Assembly: GCA_037445735.1 (NCBI GenBank)
Contig: JBBIJY010000002.1
Coordinates: 32,001 to 96,000, forward strand
DNA length: 64,000 nucleotides
Direction of reading: 5' to 3'
From: Armatimonadota bacterium
Lineage (GTDB): Bacteria > Armatimonadota > Fimbriimonadia > Fimbriimonadales > GBS-DC
Below are positions 27,934 through 37,049 of this stretch, piece after piece. The notes beneath the pieces were generated by a model. The model did no database searches. It saw only the letters and a list, made by a program, of their open reading frames with translations, and was not told the origin of the DNA. Position 1 is the first letter of the stretch. Each line of letters begins with the position of its first letter. The translations under genes were made by a program, and so were the position numbers.

Positions 27934-28819
27934 GTTCACTGTTGAGCAGGGTGCGGAAGGCGTGGGCGTACTCGTCGGGCGTGCCGAAGTCGAGCATCTG
28001 CCCCTCCACCTCCAGCAGATAGGCGGGCATGCGCGCGAGCAGGCGCTGCTGGGCATCCACCAGATACCATTCGCCCCTGCCAGGGCGGTACTCGTCGGCA
28101 ATCTCCGCCTGCACCTGCCAGAGTTCGGCGGGGAAACAGTAGATGCCGAAATGGGTGAAGAACTGTCCTTCGGGCAGATTGGGCGTGCACAGCGCCTGCT
28201 GGGCATACTCGCGTGTGGGCTTTTCCACCACCTGCTGGAGCCGATAGAGGCGCGGCTGCCCCGTCGGCTCACCCCGCAAGATGCCGTACCGCTCCACCAC
28301 CTGCAACGGCACGCGATAGACCGCATAGAGCGGCGCCCGCAGCGACTCGAACAGCGACAGCGCCTGCTCAATCGGCGAGCGCGCCCCCGTGCGCAACGGG
28401 ATATGGTCGCCCAGCATCACCAGCACAGGCTCATCCTGCGCAAACGCACGCGCACACCAGACGGCGTGCCCGAACCCGTACGGCTCCGACTGAACAATCA
28501 GTGCGATGCATCGCTGCAGGCGTCGCAACGCTTCAAAGGCGGCTTGCAGGTCAGGCTTGCGAGCGATCGCATCGCCATAGTGCGCCGTATCGCCCTCCAG
28601 AAAGCGGCGATAGACTGGCTCCTGATCGGGCGAGACCACCACGCCAATCTGTTCCACGCCCGCTTCGATGAGCGCGGTCGCAATCAGCTGCAGTCCTGTG
28701 GTGATGCGCCCGTCGCGCAGCACGAAGGGCATCAACCCCTTTGGCAACACGATGCTGACAGGGTAGAGGCGCGTGCCCAGCCCCGCCATCGGCACAATCG
28801 CTTTACGAATCACACCCAC
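27902..28819 (-). CDS. Sugar-phosphate nucleotidyltransferase (GalU-like)
   Basis: KAIVPMAGLGTRLYP..PK, GFGHAV, LGD, VEKP, DFG; probable GTG start 28819 or 28813. Confidence 0.85.
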   Translation of the reverse strand: MGVIRKAIVPMAGLGTRLYPVSIVLPKGLMPFVLRDGRITTGLQLIATALIEAGVEQIGVVVSPDQEPVYRRFLEGDTAHYGDAIARKPDLQAAFEALRRLQRCIALIVQSEPYGFGHAVWCARAFAQDEPVLVMLGDHIPLRTGARSPIEQALSLFESLRAPLYAVYRVPLQVVERYGILRGEPTGQPRLYRLQQVVEKPTREYAQQALCTPNLPEGQFFTHFGIYCFPAELWQVQAEIADEYRPGRGEWYLVDAQQRLLARMPAYLLEVEGQMLDFGTPDEYAHAFRTLLNSELRVSDQEHTA

Positions 28820-28868
28820 ACGCCTATTATGGCACATCGGGTACAATCTCCAGCGGAGGGCGACAGCC

Positions 28869-30608
28869 ATCGCGAGCGAGAACATCATCCGGGAGATTCT
28901 GGTCAATGTCTCACCGCGTGAGACGCGCATCGCCGTGCTGGAGAACGGGCAGCTGATGGAGGTGCGTTTCGAGCGGGGCGAGCGTGTGGTGGGCAACATC
29001 TATAAGGGCGTCGTGCAGAATGTGCTGCCTGGCATGGATGCCGCCTTCGTCAATATCGGGCTGGAACGCAACGCCTTTTTGTATGTGGGCGACATCCTTC
29101 CGGAGGCGACCGAAGGCGAAGAGGCGCCCGCCTCGCTCAAACGCGCCGACCTGCGCAAGCGCAACATCAGCGAGCTGCTCAAAATCGGGCAGGAAATCCT
29201 GGTGCAGGTCATCAAGGCGCCGCGCGGCACCAAAGGCGCGCGCGTCACCACCCGACTCACCCTGCCCGGACGCTATGTGGTGCTGATGCCCGACGGCAGC
29301 CATCTGGGTGTCTCCCGCAAGATCGAAGACCGCACCGAGCGCGAACGCCTGCGCCAGATCGGACAGAAACTGCACCCGCCCGGCTTCGGGCTGATCCTGC
29401 GCACTGAAGCCGAAGGCAAAACCGAGAAGGAAATTAAGCAGGATATCGACTACCTCACCGAGCTATGGGAGACGATTCGCCAGCGGGCGCAGGAGGTGGA
29501 CCCGCCAGCGCTGGTGCATCGCGACGCCAGCCTGCTCTATCGCGTGCTGCGCGATATCTTCTCCGCCGAGGTCGCCCGACTCTGGATCGATGACCCCGAA
29601 GAGTACGAAAATGTGCATGAGGTGCTGCGCATGATTGCGCCCAGCCTGCGCTCGCGCGTGATGCTCTACGATAAGCCGACCCCGCTGTTTGAATATTTCA
29701 ATGTGGAGAAGGAGATGGAGCGCCTGCTGCGGCGCAAGGTGTGGCTCAAATCGGGCGGCTATATCACCATCGACGAAACGGAAGCCTTCACCGCCATCGA
29801 TGTGAACACGGGCAAGTTCACGGGCAAAACCTCGCTGGCGGACACCATCCTCAAGACCAATCTGGAGGCGGTGGAGGAGATTGGGCGCCAGTTGCGCCTG
29901 CGCGATATTGGCGGCATTATTGTGATTGACTTTATCGATATGGCGCGTCGGAGCGACCATCGGCAGGTGATGCAGGCGTTGCAGCGCGTGCTGAAGCGTG
30001 ACCGTGCGCGGTTCCGTATCGGGCGCATCAGCTCGCTGGGGCTGGTGGAGCTGACGCGCAAACGCACAGGCGAATCGGTGACGGAGGGTCTATCGGCGCC
30101 ATGCCCCATCTGCCACGGGCGCGGGCGCATCCCCTCGCCCGAAACGGTGAGCCTCTGGATCGAGCGCGAGCTGACCGCCCGCGCCCATAAAGAGCATGCC
30201 GAAGCCTACCTGATCGAGGCGCACCCCGACGCGATTGAGCATCTGGTGGGCGAGGACGGCGTGAACATCGAACTGCTCGAACACGCGCTGGAGTGCGCCC
30301 TGTTCGCCCGCGCCCGACCCGAAATGCCCATCGAAGAGTATCGGATTCAGGCGGGCACGCTCGACGGGCTGAAGCGCCAGTACCTGCCTTATCGACCCCT
30401 GCAGGTGGTCGAATGCCAGTTGAAGCGCTCCGCGCTGGACGAGGAGCAAAAGGTTGCGTGGACAGCGGGCGGCTACCTGCTGCTGTGGGAATCGGAGCCG
30501 CCCGCCCAGCCGACCAGCAAGGTCAAACTCAGCGAGGTGCGACGCTCCTTCGCCTTCGCCGAGCCTGTGCTGACCACCACTCCCATCACCAAAGCGGAGG
30601 TTGTGTGA
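28869..30608 (+). CDS. rng: Rne/Rng family ribonuclease with C-terminal TRAM-like extension; apparent ATC start
   Basis: GNIYKG..LPGMDAAFV, IDVNTG, DFIDM, CPICHG; GGAGG 28855-28859 precedes ATC 28869. Confidence 0.88.
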   Translation: MASENIIREILVNVSPRETRIAVLENGQLMEVRFERGERVVGNIYKGVVQNVLPGMDAAFVNIGLERNAFLYVGDILPEATEGEEAPASLKRADLRKRNISELLKIGQEILVQVIKAPRGTKGARVTTRLTLPGRYVVLMPDGSHLGVSRKIEDRTERERLRQIGQKLHPPGFGLILRTEAEGKTEKEIKQDIDYLTELWETIRQRAQEVDPPALVHRDASLLYRVLRDIFSAEVARLWIDDPEEYENVHEVLRMIAPSLRSRVMLYDKPTPLFEYFNVEKEMERLLRRKVWLKSGGYITIDETEAFTAIDVNTGKFTGKTSLADTILKTNLEAVEEIGRQLRLRDIGGIIVIDFIDMARRSDHRQVMQALQRVLKRDRARFRIGRISSLGLVELTRKRTGESVTEGLSAPCPICHGRGRIPSPETVSLWIERELTARAHKEHAEAYLIEAHPDAIEHLVGEDGVNIELLEHALECALFARARPEMPIEEYRIQAGTLDGLKRQYLPYRPLQVVECQLKRSALDEEQKVAWTAGGYLLLWESEPPAQPTSKVKLSEVRRSFAFAEPVLTTTPITKAEVV

Positions 30609-31238
30609 ATGACACCGATCGAACTGCGTCAGGTACAGATCACTTTGAATGCGCCCGTCGGGGTGCTGACCGATGCGCGGCGCCAGCGGGTTCTGGAGGC
30701 GCTGGAGGGCGCGTTCGTGCCCCAGCCCGTGCCGTTTCAGGGCGCGTTCGCCGTGGTGAACCACGCCACGCGCGAGGCACTCTTTCTGACCGACGCCCAG
30801 CTGCAGTACACCGCCGAAGGCGAGGTTCACTTCTCGCCCGCGCGCGTGGAGGACCTGCTCGCCCGCATCCGCGATGGGCTGCTGCTCGATGACCGCTTCC
30901 CGCTCATCCTGCAGGTGATTGGACACAAGGACGCGAACGGCTCGGCGTTCGAGCGCACCGTCGACGCCTTCACGCCGCTGCCGCCCATCACCATGCGCCA
31001 GTATTTTCCGGGTCTGCGCGGGCTGGGGCTGCGGATTACCTTCGAGCAGTCGCCCTATGTGTGCGATCTGCGCATCGAACCGCTCTTCAATGACCCCGCC
31101 TACTTCTACATCCAGTTCAACGCCGGTTCCCAGCAGACGATGCTCTCGATTGCGCGCGTGGTGGATGATGTGAACGACTGGATCGACCGCCTGCAGGGCG
31201 AGATCAACGCCATCATCGAGGAGATGCTCGGCGGGTAG
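30609..31238 (+). CDS. Hypothetical protein abutting rng
   Basis: 209-aa ORF starting immediately after the rng stop; GGAGG RBS; host-like codon use. Confidence 0.75.
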   Translation: MTPIELRQVQITLNAPVGVLTDARRQRVLEALEGAFVPQPVPFQGAFAVVNHATREALFLTDAQLQYTAEGEVHFSPARVEDLLARIRDGLLLDDRFPLILQVIGHKDANGSAFERTVDAFTPLPPITMRQYFPGLRGLGLRITFEQSPYVCDLRIEPLFNDPAYFYIQFNAGSQQTMLSIARVVDDVNDWIDRLQGEINAIIEEMLGG

Positions 31239-31284
31239 CCAGCTCGACTCCCTCACCCGTGCTTTCTCTTTCAGTGGAGGGCTT

Positions 31285-31453
31285 GAGGGTGTCCGAAAAT
31301 ACGCGGGCATCCTATCCGCCTGTGTGAAGCCCCCTCACCCGTACCCTCTCCCCCGCGTGCGGGGGAGAGGGGTTATTTTCTCCCTCTCCCCTCTGGGGAG
31401 AGGGTAGGGGTGAGGGGCATCCTTACCTCTGGTTGGATTTTTCGAACAGCCTC
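31285..31453. mobile_element. MITE-like element (169 bp) with imperfect TIRs and 10-bp flanking direct repeat, carrying an inverted boxC-like pair
   Basis: Ends GAGGGTGTCCGAAAA and revcomp GAGGCTGTTCGAAAA (13/15); TGGAGGGCTT at 31275-31284 and 31454-31463. Confidence 0.7.
31331..31417. repeat. Inverted pair of boxC-like palindromic elements
   Basis: CCCCTCACCCGTACCCTCTCCCCC..GGGGGAGAGGGG followed by an inverted copy. Confidence 0.9.
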
Positions 31454-31461
31454 TGGAGGGC

Positions 31462-31489
31462 TTGCAAAACGCGAAACATGGGGTATAAT
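31462..31489 (+). promoter_or_regulatory. sigma70-like promoter of the TlpA-like gene
   Basis: TTGCAA-N16-TATAAT, then GGAGG RBS. Confidence 0.6.
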
Positions 31490-31509
31490 AGCAATGGAGG
31501 GTTCGCGCA

Positions 31510-32022
31510 ATGAAAAAGTGGGTTCTGCCAGGGCTGTTGTTCGGAGTGGCACTGCTGCTGCTATTTGCAGCGCCTGCTGGAGCAGAGCTGCGCGTGCGCC
31601 AGAAGTTGCCCGAAATGACCCTCACCGACCTCAAGGGCAACACGGTGAAACTTGGCGGTAAGCAGGACAAGGTGTACCTGATCGACTTCTGGGCGACCTG
31701 GTGCGGTCCGTGCCGCGCCGCCATCCCCTTCCTGCAGGAGCTGCACGATAAATACTCCAAGCGCGGGCTGGTGGTCGTTGGCATCGCGCTCGACTCTGGC
31801 TCCGAAGCGGAGGTGCGCAGCTTCGTGGAGCACAACGAGATGACCTACACCATCTGTGTGCCCAAAAACGAGGCTGAGGTGCAGCGCAAATATCGCATCG
31901 ATGGCTACCCCACGATGTATATCGTGGACAAGAAGGGCGTCATCCGCTACGCGGGTGTGGGCTACTCCGAAGAGGACGAGGAAGTCATCCTCAAGGTGAT
32001 TGCCGACACGCTGGCAGAGTGA
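31510..32022 (+). CDS. TlpA-family thioredoxin-like disulfide reductase
   Basis: Signal/anchor sequence, DFWATWCGPC, GYPT. Confidence 0.9.
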   Translation: MKKWVLPGLLFGVALLLLFAAPAGAELRVRQKLPEMTLTDLKGNTVKLGGKQDKVYLIDFWATWCGPCRAAIPFLQELHDKYSKRGLVVVGIALDSGSEAEVRSFVEHNEMTYTICVPKNEAEVQRKYRIDGYPTMYIVDKKGVIRYAGVGYSEEDEEVILKVIADTLAE

Positions 32023-32029
32023 ACCGATC

Positions 32030-34351
32030 ATGGAGGATGGAGAGCGACGGCTGCCGCCACCGGTGATTGCGGTCGTTCGACAGCGGCTGGGCGCAGCGGC
32101 GGTCGTTGAGTTCGGGTTTGCATCGGACCTGACGCCTGAAGGGCGCTTCGGGGAGACATGGCTGGTGCTGGCGTACCCGTCCGAGCAGCAGCTCGGCTCC
32201 ATCGAGCACGCGCTGCTGCTCGTTATCGGTGTCCAGCATGCACTGATTGCGAACAGTACCAGCGCACGCCTGCCCTGGTTGCGCCGTGAAACACCCTCGG
32301 ACGAAGAGGAGACCCGCGCCATTCTCTATCTTGATCTGCCACTGGCTCAGGTCGAATCGGTGCGCATCACGCAGCTGGTGGGCGCGTCCGCGCTGGAGGT
32401 GGTGCTGCCCGATCAGCGGGTCATCGAACTGATCCGATTCAGCAACGCGCTCACCAATCTGTTCGGGCAGGTCAAGACGCGGCTGGAGGCGCGGCTCAAT
32501 AATGAGGAGCCGCCCCCGTTCGAGAAAAAGCAGTCGGTGTGCGAGCGGTGCGGGCGCCCCATCCCCGACGATTCGCTGTCGTGCCCTGCGTGCCGCTCGC
32601 AGAAGCAGGTGCTGGTGCGCCTGATGCAGCTCGTGCGACCCTACTGGCGCTACATGGCGCTCGCCAGCCTCCTGGCGATGCTCAGCGCCGCCATCGAGCT
32701 GACCCCACCTTATCTGACCAAAGTGCTGATCGACGAGGTGCTGGTGCCCCGCGCGAACGCGCACCTGTTCGTGTGGCTGCTGCTGGGGCTGGTGGGGCTG
32801 CGCCTGCTGGGGACAGGCATCAACATCGCGCGCGGGCGGCTCAACGCCTGGCTGGGCAGTCGCATCGCGTTCGAACTGCGCTCAAAACTGTTTGAACACC
32901 TGCAGTGGCTCTCGCTCAGCTATTTCGATCGGCGTCAGACGGGCGCGATTATGAGCCGCGTGACGCGCGACACCGACGCCCTCTACGACTTCCTGGTCAA
33001 TAGCGCGCCCACCATCACGCTCAACCTGCTGATGGTGCTGGGCATCGGCACGGTGATGGTGCTGATGGACTGGCAGTTGAGCCTGCTGGTGCTGGTGCCT
33101 GCGCCCTTTATCGTGATGCTCTCGCGCCATGCGTGGCAGCGCGTGATCCGCATCTGGCGACGGCACTGGTATCGCTGGTCGCGCCTGACCGCGCACTTGG
33201 GCGGCACGCTTTCAGGCATTCGCGAGGTCAAAGCCTTCACGCAGGAAGAGCGCGAAATCAACGCTTTCAATCGGCGCAACTTCGAAATCGCCGAATCGGG
33301 CGAGATGGCAGGCAAAATCAACGCCAGCGTCTTCCCGCTCATCTCCTTCCTGGTGATGTCCAGCTCCTTCGTCATCTGGTATGTGGGCGGGCGCGGCGTG
33401 CTGAACGGCACCTTCGAACTGGGCACCCTGGTCGCTTTCCTCTCCTACATCGGCATGCTGTTCGGACCGCTGAGCATCATCACCAACATCATGGACTGGG
33501 CGTCGCGCACCGTGACGGCTGCCGAGCGCGTGTTCGAACTGCTCGACACCGAGCCCGAAGTGCGCGACCAACCCGACGCGAGACCCCTGCCCGAAGTCCA
33601 GGGCGAAATTATCTTTGAGGATGTTACCTTCGGCTATGAGAAGCATCATCCCGTGTTGCACGACATCAATCTACACATTCGCCCTGGCGAGATGATTGGG
33701 CTGGTGGGTCCGTCGGGCGCGGGCAAAAGCACGCTGATCAATCTGGTGTGCCGCTTCTATGACCCCACGCGCGGGCGGATACTCATCGACGGGCACGACC
33801 TGCGCGCGGTGCGCATGCGCGATCTGCGACGCCACATCGGTGTGGTGCTGCAGGACACCTTCCTCTTTCCGGGCACGATTCGGGAGAACATCGCCTATGC
33901 GCGTCCCGAAGCCACCCAGGAGGAGATTATCGCCGCTGCCAAAGCCGCCAACGCGCACGATTTCATCATGCGCTTCCCCGACGGCTACGACACATGGGTG
34001 GGCGAGCGCGGACACCGGCTGTCGGGCGGCGAGCGCCAGCGCATCGCGATTGCCCGCGCCATCCTGCGCAACCCCAAAATCCTCATTCTGGACGAGGCGA
34101 CCGCCTCCGTGGACACCGAGACCGAACGCCTCATTCAGGAAGCGCTGGAGCGACTCGTGCAGAACCGCACCACGATTGCAATTGCGCACCGACTCAGTAC
34201 CCTGCGCAACGCCGACCGGCTGGTGGTGCTGGAGCGCGGACGCATCGTGGAGACGGGCACGCACGACGACCTGATGGAGAAGGGTGGCGTGTACCATCGC
34301 CTCGTCACGATGCAGATGGAGCTGAGCAAATCGCGCCTGTTTGTGGGCTGA
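32030..34351 (+). CDS. ABC exporter (fused TMD-NBD) with N-terminal extension and Zn-ribbon
   Basis: CERC..CPAC; GPSGAGKST, LSGGERQR, ILDEAT, AHRLST. Confidence 0.9.
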   Translation: MEDGERRLPPPVIAVVRQRLGAAAVVEFGFASDLTPEGRFGETWLVLAYPSEQQLGSIEHALLLVIGVQHALIANSTSARLPWLRRETPSDEEETRAILYLDLPLAQVESVRITQLVGASALEVVLPDQRVIELIRFSNALTNLFGQVKTRLEARLNNEEPPPFEKKQSVCERCGRPIPDDSLSCPACRSQKQVLVRLMQLVRPYWRYMALASLLAMLSAAIELTPPYLTKVLIDEVLVPRANAHLFVWLLLGLVGLRLLGTGINIARGRLNAWLGSRIAFELRSKLFEHLQWLSLSYFDRRQTGAIMSRVTRDTDALYDFLVNSAPTITLNLLMVLGIGTVMVLMDWQLSLLVLVPAPFIVMLSRHAWQRVIRIWRRHWYRWSRLTAHLGGTLSGIREVKAFTQEEREINAFNRRNFEIAESGEMAGKINASVFPLISFLVMSSSFVIWYVGGRGVLNGTFELGTLVAFLSYIGMLFGPLSIITNIMDWASRTVTAAERVFELLDTEPEVRDQPDARPLPEVQGEIIFEDVTFGYEKHHPVLHDINLHIRPGEMIGLVGPSGAGKSTLINLVCRFYDPTRGRILIDGHDLRAVRMRDLRRHIGVVLQDTFLFPGTIRENIAYARPEATQEEIIAAAKAANAHDFIMRFPDGYDTWVGERGHRLSGGERQRIAIARAILRNPKILILDEATASVDTETERLIQEALERLVQNRTTIAIAHRLSTLRNADRLVVLERGRIVETGTHDDLMEKGGVYHRLVTMQMELSKSRLFVG

Positions 34352-34369
34352 GAGAGGTATCCTCAAAGC

Positions 34370-35539
34370 GTGATTGAGGGCACGCTCTGGCTGAAGGCGG
34401 GGCGCGAGAAGAAGATCCGCCATCTCTACCCGTGGGTCCAACGTGGCGAGATTGCACGGGTAGACGGCTTGCCCACCGATGGCAGTCTGGTTCATCTGCG
34501 GGCGCACGACGGCAGCTGGCTCGGCATCGCTACTTACAACAGCCACAGCCGATTTCCCGCCCGCGTGCTGACCCTGCAGGACGAGGCGATCGACGCCGTC
34601 TTCTTCGCCCGCCGAGTGCAACATGCCCTGCAACTGCGCCAGCGACTGGTCAGCGACACCAATGCCTATCGCCTGCTGTTCGGCGAGGCGGACGGCATAC
34701 CGGGACTGATTGTGGATCGCTACGCGGACTATCTGATGGTGCAGGTGCGCACGCTGGGCATGGAGCGGCTCAAACCGCTCTGGCTGCCTGCGCTGATCGA
34801 GGTGCTCCAGCCTGCAGGCATACTGGAGCGCAGCGAGATGGAATCGCGTCAGGAGGAGGGGCTGACCCCCTTCACAGGCGTTCTGCACGGCGAAGTGCCA
34901 GAGCTGATCCCCATCACGGAGAGCGGGCTGCAGTTCCTTGTGCCCACGCGAAGCGGGCTGAAAACGGGTTTCTATCTGGATCAGCGCGAGAATCGGCGGC
35001 AACTCGCGCGCATGGTTCAGCCAGAGGAGCGCGTGCTGGACCTGTTCTGCTACACGGGCGCGTTCGCACTCTACGCTGCGCGTGCGGGCGCACAAGCGAC
35101 GGGCGTCGATATCCTCCCCGAAGCGATTGCGCTCGCCCGCCAGCACGCCGAAATGAACCACCTGCAGGCAGAGTGGGTGGTGGCGAACGCCTTCGAATGG
35201 CTGCCCGCTGCCGCCGAGCGTGGCGAGCGGTATGACTGGGTAATTTTAGACCCGCCTGCGATTGCCAAGCGGCGCGAGCAGCGCGAATCGCTGCGCTGGG
35301 CGCTCTGGAAGCTGGTCTATCACGCGCTCCCCATCCTGAAACCGAACGGACGATTGCTGGTCTGCAGTTGCACCTACGCGCTGGATTTGAGCCTGATGGT
35401 GGACACCATCCGCCTCGCCGCGCACGACAGGCAGCGCCCGCTCTATCTGGAAGATGTCTCCTTCCAGTCGCCCGACCACCCCTTCCTGATGCAGTTCCCC
35501 GAAAGCCTTTACCTGAAATGCCTCTGGCTGCGGGCATAA
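34370..35539 (+). CDS. RlmI-like SAM-dependent rRNA methyltransferase
   Basis: PUA-like N-terminus, EADGIPGLIVDRY, KTGFYLDQRENR, LDPP, DHP..YLK. Confidence 0.88.
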   Translation: MIEGTLWLKAGREKKIRHLYPWVQRGEIARVDGLPTDGSLVHLRAHDGSWLGIATYNSHSRFPARVLTLQDEAIDAVFFARRVQHALQLRQRLVSDTNAYRLLFGEADGIPGLIVDRYADYLMVQVRTLGMERLKPLWLPALIEVLQPAGILERSEMESRQEEGLTPFTGVLHGEVPELIPITESGLQFLVPTRSGLKTGFYLDQRENRRQLARMVQPEERVLDLFCYTGAFALYAARAGAQATGVDILPEAIALARQHAEMNHLQAEWVVANAFEWLPAAAERGERYDWVILDPPAIAKRREQRESLRWALWKLVYHALPILKPNGRLLVCSCTYALDLSLMVDTIRLAAHDRQRPLYLEDVSFQSPDHPFLMQFPESLYLKCLWLRA

Positions 35540-35546
35540 GCGATTC

Positions 35547-37013
35547 TCAGCTGAACCATTCGAAGTAGTCAGAACTGAGATCAATCTGGATGTTTTTGAG
35601 CTGGGTGTAGAGGTCGAGCAGGCAGTGCAATCCGAGTTCGCGTCCGAACCCGCTTTTTTTGTAGCCGCCGTACGGCGCGCCGGGCGGAATCATGTTGTAG
35701 CAGTTGATCCACACCTTGCCCGCCTGAATCTGGTGGGCGACGCGATGCGCCCTGCCGATGTCCTGCGCCCAGATGCCCGCCGCCAGCCCGTACTCGGTGG
35801 CGTTCGCGCGTTCAATCACCTCCGACTCGCTCTCGAACGGGAACAGCATCGCCACGGGTCCGAAAATTTCCTCGCAGGCGACGCGCGAATCGGGCGGCAC
35901 ATGCTCCAGCACCGTCGGCTGGAAGTAGAAGCCCTTATCGAAGGGCGGATCGGTAAGGGGGCGACCGCCCGTCAGCACGGTTGCACCGTCCTGCCGTGCC
36001 ACCTCCAGATAGTGCACCACCTTGTCCAGCTGTTCGCGCTTGTGCAGGGTGGCGAACTCGGTGGCAGGGTCTAACGGGTCGCCAATCTGCAGGCGGGCAG
36101 CGCGCGCCACGAACGCCTCGCGGAACCGCTCATAGAGCGGACGCTCCACAAAGATTCGGGTGGCAGCGGTACACATCTGACCCTGCGCGAAGAAGTTGGC
36201 TAACAGCGCGTAGGCGAGCGTGCGCTCAAAATCGCAATCGGCGAACACAATAAAGGGCGATTTGCCGCCCAGCTCCAGCGACACGGGCACCACATTGGTC
36301 GCGGCACGCTGCATCACCCGCGCACCCACCGCGGTGGAGCCAGTGAAGGCAATCTTGTTCACCTGCGGGTGCGCCGTCAATAAATCGCCGACGGTGCCCG
36401 GCGTCGGGTCGGTCAGCACATTGAACACACCGGCGGGCACGCCCACCTGCGCCATCAGCTCGGCTAACATCAGTGTGGTGAGCGGGGTGGTGGGCGCCGG
36501 CTTGATGACCATCGTGTTGCCTGCCACCAGCGCGGGTGCGATCTTAATCGCCGCCAGCCACAGCGGGAAGTTCCATGGCGTGATCGCTGCCACCACGCCG
36601 TACGGCTCCCGCCGTGTGTAGTTCAGATAGTTGCCCGGTATCGGCAGCGTCTCACCATGAATGGCGGGCGCGATCCCCGCAAAGTATTCGAAGGCGCTGA
36701 TGGTGGCGGGGACATCATGCGCCATCGTCTCGCGGATGCATCGCCCCGTTTGCTGGCTTTCGGTGAAGGCGAACTCTTCAAATCGCTCTTTGAGCGCGGT
36801 GGCGACGGCTCGCAGAATCTCGCCCCGCTCCTCGTATGAGCGGGCAGACCAGTCGGGGAACGCCCGGCGAGCTGCCTGAACCGCCGCGTCCACTTCGGCT
36901 GAGCCTGCTATGGCGCAGAGCGCGATCACCTCGCCGCTGGCAGGATTGCGAACTTCATACTGCTCCGCAGTCGGATGCCATTCGCCATCGATGAACAGAC
37001 CGTAGTGCCGCAT
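35547..37013 (-). CDS. Aldehyde dehydrogenase
   Basis: PWNFP, FTGST, LELGGKSP, GQMC, EEIFGP. Confidence 0.93.
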   Translation of the reverse strand: MRHYGLFIDGEWHPTAEQYEVRNPASGEVIALCAIAGSAEVDAAVQAARRAFPDWSARSYEERGEILRAVATALKERFEEFAFTESQQTGRCIRETMAHDVPATISAFEYFAGIAPAIHGETLPIPGNYLNYTRREPYGVVAAITPWNFPLWLAAIKIAPALVAGNTMVIKPAPTTPLTTLMLAELMAQVGVPAGVFNVLTDPTPGTVGDLLTAHPQVNKIAFTGSTAVGARVMQRAATNVVPVSLELGGKSPFIVFADCDFERTLAYALLANFFAQGQMCTAATRIFVERPLYERFREAFVARAARLQIGDPLDPATEFATLHKREQLDKVVHYLEVARQDGATVLTGGRPLTDPPFDKGFYFQPTVLEHVPPDSRVACEEIFGPVAMLFPFESESEVIERANATEYGLAAGIWAQDIGRAHRVAHQIQAGKVWINCYNMIPPGAPYGGYKKSGFGRELGLHCLLDLYTQLKNIQIDLSSDYFEWFS

Positions 37014-37049
37014 CGCTTACCTCCAGCAATAGCGATTCGCGTCCTTGGG

